Shown piece by piece: positions 27,102-32,308 of a stretch of 32,308 nt of DNA (positions are counted from its first letter, which is position 1; the number at the start of each line of letters is the position of its first letter). The notes under the pieces are model-generated. The model was not told the origin of the DNA and searched no databases. It saw only the letters and a list, made by a program, of their open reading frames with translations. Made by a program: the position numbers and the translations under genes. Location of the stretch: the sequence record NC_004087.1. One strand, given 5' to 3'.

Positions 27102-27404
27102 TTAACTTTCTAAAAGTAATCTAACATAATCTACAATATCTTCTTTTATGCACAAAAATTTCTTGTCTCTTTTAACTCTTTTTATCTTTATGAAAAAGAT
27201 ATTTTTATCAACTAATCGTTTTATTCTAAGATATCCGAAATATTGGTATCGATTTGCATCCTTTTGAAAAAGAAATAGTTTACCTTCACTAGTGTACATA
27301 GGAATGCATAAATCATTATCGCTATCTTTCTGTGCAAGAGAAAAAAATCTAATCAGAAGTTCTTTTTGCTTAGGATACAATTTAATTTGGACTTCTTGAC
27401 TCAT
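27102..27404 (-). CDS. 100-aa hypothetical protein, possible winged helix (start moved from 27440)
   Basis: GGTGA SD before MSQEV; promoter AGAGAAAGCTTTATATA at 27440-27456. Confidence 0.7.
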
Positions 27405-27608
27405 TTCTTTCACCTTAATATCATATATGTATAAACTCATATATAAAGCTTTCTCTATCTTTTTATCTCTTTAATTTTTCAACCTTCTGAATTAATATCA
27501 TAAACTTGAGAAAAATTATTGATAAAATTAGATAATTTATGGAAAATTTAAAATTAGAAGAATTAGAATTAGTATTGAAAAAATAAAAAAAATTATTAAT
27601 AAAAAAAA

Positions 27609-28334
27609 TTAATCTTTTGGATTCTTTTTCGGTACGGGATGTGAAAACAATAACCATTTACCGCCAAATTCTGTAAATCCAACATTATCATGTTCTGGCG
27701 AAATAATTTTTACAACTGGTGGTTCTGGTAAATATACTAAAGCTCCTTCTCCCGGCATTATATGTAATTGTTTATATTTTAATACATTAATATCAAATTC
27801 AATAATATGATTATAAATACCAATTATTCTAGTTTTTTCAAAAAGTTCTTCATTAATTTTTTCTATCTTTAACGGCGGTACTTCATATACACTTAAATGT
27901 CCTTGTTTACCATCAGGATAAAATGCCGGCGAAAATTCTAATTTTTCTCCTTTATAATAAATATCAAATAATTGAATTGAATAATTATCATACTTTATTA
28001 TTATTGATGAACTCTTTAATGAAACTTTAGATAAATCTAAATTTATTAACATTGATTTAATATCATTAATTTTTCTGAATATTTTCTGTTTGAAAGTAAT
28101 ATTGAATATCGGCGGATTAGGTGTATAGTATATTCCGTTAGTTTCCTTAGCTTTATCAACTTTTATTTTATTTTCTAGAATTGATACTTCAAAACAGCCT
28201 TGAAATGTTAATCTACTTCTTGAAATGTACTTTTCACAATTTATAAATTTATCTGTTACAGAAATTTTATTTCCATCAGGAAGTAAAAAAACATTTGGAA
28301 GATAATCTAATTTTTTTCTTTCTTTTATCTCCAT
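27609..28334 (-). CDS. AcrIIIB1 paralog (241 aa)
   Basis: Aligns end to end with the next gene (KKLxxLPxVF, SRSxxTxxGC, QGHLxVY, WLLFSH). Confidence 0.8.
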   Translation of the reverse strand: MEIKERKKLDYLPNVFLLPDGNKISVTDKFINCEKYISRSRLTFQGCFEVSILENKIKVDKAKETNGIYYTPNPPIFNITFKQKIFRKINDIKSMLINLDLSKVSLKSSSIIIKYDNYSIQLFDIYYKGEKLEFSPAFYPDGKQGHLSVYEVPPLKIEKINEELFEKTRIIGIYNHIIEFDINVLKYKQLHIMPGEGALVYLPEPPVVKIISPEHDNVGFTEFGGKWLLFSHPVPKKNPKD

Positions 28335-28568
28335 TTATTTCACCAATTTATCATTCTGTATATGACATTTATAAATTTTTATTTAAGTTTTTACGTTTAT
28401 ATCTCATTATTTTTGTATTTTTTTATACTTATAATTTCTGTAGAAATACAATTAATATAACAAAAATGAGAAAAATTATTGATAAAATTAACTATTTAGA
28501 AGAAAATTTAAAATTAGAAGAATTAGAATTAATATCTAAAAAATGAAAAAAATAGTTGATAAAAAAAA

Positions 28569-29318
28569 TCAATCTTGACCTGATCTCCTGGGTCTTGTAT
28601 GGCTGAACAATAACCAAGTGTCTCTATTAACGTTAACTTCAACTTCTTTATGGTCAGAACTTTCAAGTTTAACGTGAACATCTTCTGGAACATAAAGTAA
28701 TGTCCCACTACCTGGAGTAACGTAAAGGTTCTTAAACATCAATATAGACTTATCAAAGGTAACTTTATGGTTAAAGATCATAAATTCGCTAACTTCCGTA
28801 AACAATTCTTTATTAATCTCTCTTTTTTGACCATCATTATCATAGTAAAGTAAATAAACATCTTTCGGCTCTGGAACACTATAAATCCTAAGATGACCCT
28901 GTTCTGCAAGTAACGGAAATTCATAAATCAATCCTTTGAAATAAATATCAAATACTTCAATTGAATAATTGCTATATTTTACCAATAACCATGGTTGCCT
29001 TGGCGAAATTTTCGATACGTCTAAGCTCATTAAAAATTGTTTCAAGTCATCAAGATTCCTAATCGCTTTCTGTCGAAAAGTAATATTGATTATTGAAGGA
29101 TGCGGAACATAATAAATTCCTTTGACCTCTTTCAGAGTATCAATTTTTAACATTGATCCGACTGTATAGCCTGTCACACAACCTTCTTGGGTTAGTCCAG
29201 ATCGGGATACGTAATGAACACAGTTTATATAATTCTTGTCTAATGTAAACTTATTTAAATAGATGTCCAAAAAAACTTTGGGTAAATTGTTTAACTTTTT
29301 CCTTACACTTACCTCCAC
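28569..29318 (-). CDS. acrIIIB1: AcrIIIB1-family anti-CRISPR, 249 aa (GTG start at 29318)
   Basis: MEVSVRKKLNNLPKVFLD...WLLFSHTRPRRSGQD closely resembles the remembered SIRV2 AcrIIIB1. The track GTG at 29327 is part of the GGTGA SD. Confidence 0.88.
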   Translation of the reverse strand: MEVSVRKKLNNLPKVFLDIYLNKFTLDKNYINCVHYVSRSGLTQEGCVTGYTVGSMLKIDTLKEVKGIYYVPHPSIINITFRQKAIRNLDDLKQFLMSLDVSKISPRQPWLLVKYSNYSIEVFDIYFKGLIYEFPLLAEQGHLRIYSVPEPKDVYLLYYDNDGQKREINKELFTEVSEFMIFNHKVTFDKSILMFKNLYVTPGSGTLLYVPEDVHVKLESSDHKEVEVNVNRDTWLLFSHTRPRRSGQD

Positions 29319-29351
29319 TTTATTCACCGATATATAATATGCTAATTCTCA

Positions 29352-29368
29352 TATATAAAGTTTTCTCT
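29352..29368 (-). promoter_or_regulatory. BRE+TATA promoter of acrIIIB1
   Basis: AGAGAAAACTTTATATA, identical to 1254-1270. Confidence 0.8.
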
Positions 29369-29465
29369 ATGTTTTTACATTTCTATTTTTCATCTTCAAA
29401 ACTTGAAAAAAATAAAGAATCAGAATATAAAAAAGATTAAAAAAATAATACCTTAAAAATTAGAA

Positions 29466-29762
29466 TTACTTAGCTTGAGAACTTGGATTTTGATCTTTTG
29501 CTTTTTCTCTAGCTAATGAATTTACATCTCTTAAAGTATCCATATTCAATAATGCATTTATTCCAGTTACTGTAGTATCTTTAATTGATTCAATAGCAGT
29601 AACTGTACTTTTCGACATTTGATCAATAGCCTTAGCAAAATTCTCATTAGATTGCTTTTCATTATATAAGTGTACTATTTCTCCAATTATGAAACTTGCA
29701 ATTAGTACACCTGTCACTGCAAAAAATCCATATAGTGCTCCTTCTAATAATGTTATTGCCAT
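29466..29762 (-). CDS. Virus-associated pyramid protein P98 (PVAP), egress
   Basis: Recognised sequence MAITLLEGALYGFFAVTGVLIASFIIGEIVHLYNEKQ with an N-terminal transmembrane helix. Confidence 0.97.
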   Translation of the reverse strand: MAITLLEGALYGFFAVTGVLIASFIIGEIVHLYNEKQSNENFAKAIDQMSKSTVTAIESIKDTTVTGINALLNMDTLRDVNSLAREKAKDQNPSSQAK

Positions 29763-29937
29763 TTCTGGTCAAAAAATAATATTCAGAACTAAATAATATA
29801 GTTTTCTGTAAATTTAAAAAAATAAAGAATTTTTCAGAAAGATAGATATCAAAATTAGAAAAGAAATAGAATTATTATCATAAACATGAGAAAAATTATT
29901 AATAATTTTGGCTATATGAAAAACTAGAAAAAGAAAT

Positions 29938-30192
29938 TTAAGATTTTTTAGTACGCCATAATTGAATTTCATATAATAAAGCTTTTTCATTATCTGCTAA
30001 CTCTTTAGTATTAATTTTTATTTCAATATTATCATTTGAAGGATAAATAAATTGACTAAATGCTAATTCAATTAATTGTTGATATTCTTCTTCATTAATT
30101 TCAAAAGAAATTTTAAATTTTAAACTTAATTCTTGTATAATAGAATCTTCAAAAAACAAATCCATAATTTTTTTAACTTCTTTAAAACTTAT
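29938..30192 (-). CDS. Cryptic AcrID1-family paralog; ATA at the expected start (track start 30165); possibly a pseudogene
   Basis: Upstream extension ISFKEVKKI-MDLFFED aligns to the AcrID1 N-terminus; C-terminus EIQLWR; GGGGA SD 7 nt before the ATA. Confidence 0.7.
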   Translation of the reverse strand: MSFKEVKKIMDLFFEDSIIQELSLKFKISFEINEEEYQQLIELAFSQFIYPSNDNIEIKINTKELADNEKALLYEIQLWRTKKS

Positions 30193-30338
30193 TTTTCTTT
30201 CCCCAATATTTTCATAAAATTATGACAATTTTATATTTTTATCATCCTATATTTTCAACCTCTAGAAATAATATCTGAAAATGAAAAAAATTCGGCATAA
30301 ATTGGACTAAATTTAGAAAAAGAAAAAAATTATGAAAT

Positions 30339-30611
30339 TTAACTAATCGATTTTGTCATTTCAATATTTTCTATTTTTAATTTATTGCCTTGTTTTTTCA
30401 ATATTAACTTCACTGATTCTTTCTTAAACATAAATTCGATTTCATTATCGAATAATTCGATATTATCTTCACGTATTCCGTAAAACTCACTTATTTCTTT
30501 AATAATTTTTTCGGCAATATTGCTTTTTCTTATCAATCTAAAAAATCTTTTTTGATTTGTATACTTTTGAGCTAAATTAATTACTTTTTCTTGCATTTCT
30601 TCTACTTGCAT
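30339..30611 (-). CDS. Hypothetical 90-aa protein (ITR copy 2)
   Basis: Identical to 1698..1970. Confidence 0.85.
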   Translation of the reverse strand: MQVEEMQEKVINLAQKYTNQKRFFRLIRKSNIAEKIIKEISEFYGIREDNIELFDNEIEFMFKKESVKLILKKQGNKLKIENIEMTKSIS

Positions 30612-30835
30612 ATTTTTCGCCTCAATTTTTATTTCGTATTACTCTCTATTTAAATCTTTCTCTAAACTTTTATCTTTCTATCTCTCTAACTTTTTATCTC
30701 TTCATATTTTCAACCCTTAGAATTAATATCACAAACTTGAAAAAAATAGTTGATAGTCTTAGTTAATTTAAGGAAAATTAAAATTAAGAAAAATAAGAAT
30801 TAGAACTTAAGCAGAAAAAAACAAAAATAAATAGC

Positions 30836-31003
30836 TTAACAACTCTCCAAATATCTGCGTACCTTTCTCTCTGAAACGCCTAAAGCGTTTGCTATCTGTT
30901 GAACTGTGTAACCCATCTTAGCCAACTCGTGAGCCACGCTAACTAAGTCATCTTCTGACTCTACATAATATCTTACGCCTTGAACTTGTATTTCCTTTTT
31001 CAT
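30836..31003 (-). CDS. 55-aa HTH protein (ITR copy 2)
   Basis: Mirror of 1306..1473. Confidence 0.92.
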   Translation of the reverse strand: MKKEIQVQGVRYYVESEDDLVSVAHELAKMGYTVQQIANALGVSERKVRRYLESC

Positions 31004-32308
31004 TTCTCATTCACCAATCTTATATATGCATAAACTAGTATATAAAGTTTTCTCTCAACTTTTACGNTTNNANTTTTCGACTTTCAATTTTTAAGAATCA
31101 GATTGAAGATTCCAATTTTTACACATCCAATTTTTTAAAAAAGGCCACTTTTTTTTACAAAAGTGAAAAAAACAATTTTTTCCACTCCAAATATTTTAAA
31201 GAGGCCACTTTTTATTCCTAGGCTGAAACAAATCAAACAGATTTTTAACANCTTNCANTTATTATTTCATTTCTCAACCTAAAATTGTAACTTCCAATTG
31301 GAGCGGTAAAAAAGTCTAAAACAATCTATTTTGAGTCTGAAAATAATTATATAATTAATAATTACTATCTAGCTAGTTAGCTAATATATATAATATGATA
31401 ATTAGCTAATTAGCATAATATAGAAATATATAAATAACAAAATATTACGACTGTAATAATATTAATAAAATAAAAAAAATAATAAAAAAAAGAAGGATAG
31501 TCCTCACTACTATAATTAAATGTCTTCTGGTAGTATTTAAACTTTTCTTTCTAAACTTCCAATTTCCTCCATTGCAAACGCAAAAAACTGTAGTGAAATT
31601 TCTGAATATGTTTAGTAATTTAATAATTTTCCGCCGTAAAAGTTTTGGTTTGCATTAATTATATATTTGCAAATTAGAAACTTGGAAATTATATAATATA
31701 TTATAATATATGAATATGTTTAGTATATTTATAATTTTTTGACGGAAAAGTTTTGGTTCCTCCTAATTATTAATTAATAATTTAATAGTTCCTAATTTAT
31801 ATATATCTGGAAATGTATAATTATTTGGAATTTAGGAATTTACAATTAAGCAATTTTATATTATAAATTTCAACAAATGATAGAATATTTGGAATTTTGT
31901 AATTTCCAATTTACATAACTAATTGGAATAATTTTCCAAGATGTACAATTAATTGGAATTTTGGAATTTACAATTTTATTAACTTTTTGTAATAAATTTC
32001 CAAGATGTAGAATTTATTGGAATTTAGGAACTTAGGAATTTCCAATTTTATTAATTTGTTGGAATAATTTTACAAGGTGTAGAATTAATTGGAATTTAGG
32101 AACTTCCAATTTATTAACTTTATTTCGAAAATTACGCAAAATGACAGAATAATTGGAATTTAGGAATTTAGGAATTTTCAATTTATTAACTTTGGTGCGA
32201 AAAAAACGAAAAAAACGAAAAAAATTGGAATTTCCAATTTATCTCATTAGTTGCGAAATTTACGCAAAAAATGAAAAAAACTCCCAATACCTTCTTACTN
32301 CTCTACAA

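Larger units (their letters stand above)
30277..32308. repeat. Right inverted terminal repeat (ITR)
   Basis: Reverse complement of 1..2032. Confidence 0.95.

Noticed and set aside
27463-27657. 64-aa - strand ORF
   Set aside because: Runs through the terminator/promoter spacer module; low-complexity Phe/Ile/Asn sequence.
28295-28546. 83-aa + strand ORF and MRKIIDKI-like micro-ORFs in copies of the spacer module
   Set aside because: Copies begin with ATG/TTG and look peptide-like, but stops fall at different positions, there is no SD, and the sequence is explained as the antisense of T-rich terminators.
1-32308. tRNA, rRNA, integrase or transposase genes
   Set aside because: No GC-rich structured RNA or recombinase/transposase motifs seen; Rep is a replication HUH protein with no flanking IS ends.

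Overview
The window is a complete ~32.3 kb, very AT-rich linear archaeal virus genome of the rudivirus family. It matches Sulfolobus islandicus rod-shaped virus 1 (SIRV1) by recognition of hallmark proteins: the 134-aa major capsid protein, 1070-aa terminal fibre protein, P98 pyramid protein, HUH Rep, Holliday junction resolvase, dUTPase, SvtR and AcrIII-1. The ends are 2032-bp inverted terminal repeats (ITRs). The core carries replication, nuclease, structural and glycosyltransferase genes. The arms carry inward-pointing small accessory genes, many of them anti-CRISPR family members (AcrID1-like x4, AcrIIIB1-like x2). Four small genes missing from the ORF track were recovered (plus one ITR copy) and several starts were corrected. 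The most notable observations are: (1) a cryptic fourth AcrID1 paralog whose start codon reads ATA, inside a decayed extension of the ITR; (2) a dispersed intergenic module that makes the accessory arms look like gene cassettes; (3) an ASCH / TGT-DpdA-like / APC-permease cluster suggesting a base-modification system; (4) an orphan DUF2283-like possible antitoxin mimic; (5) a repeated ATACAT-N6-ATGTAT operator before late genes; (6) an exact copy of a terminal motif near the genome midpoint. Family assignments come from motifs and remembered sequences, not from database searches.
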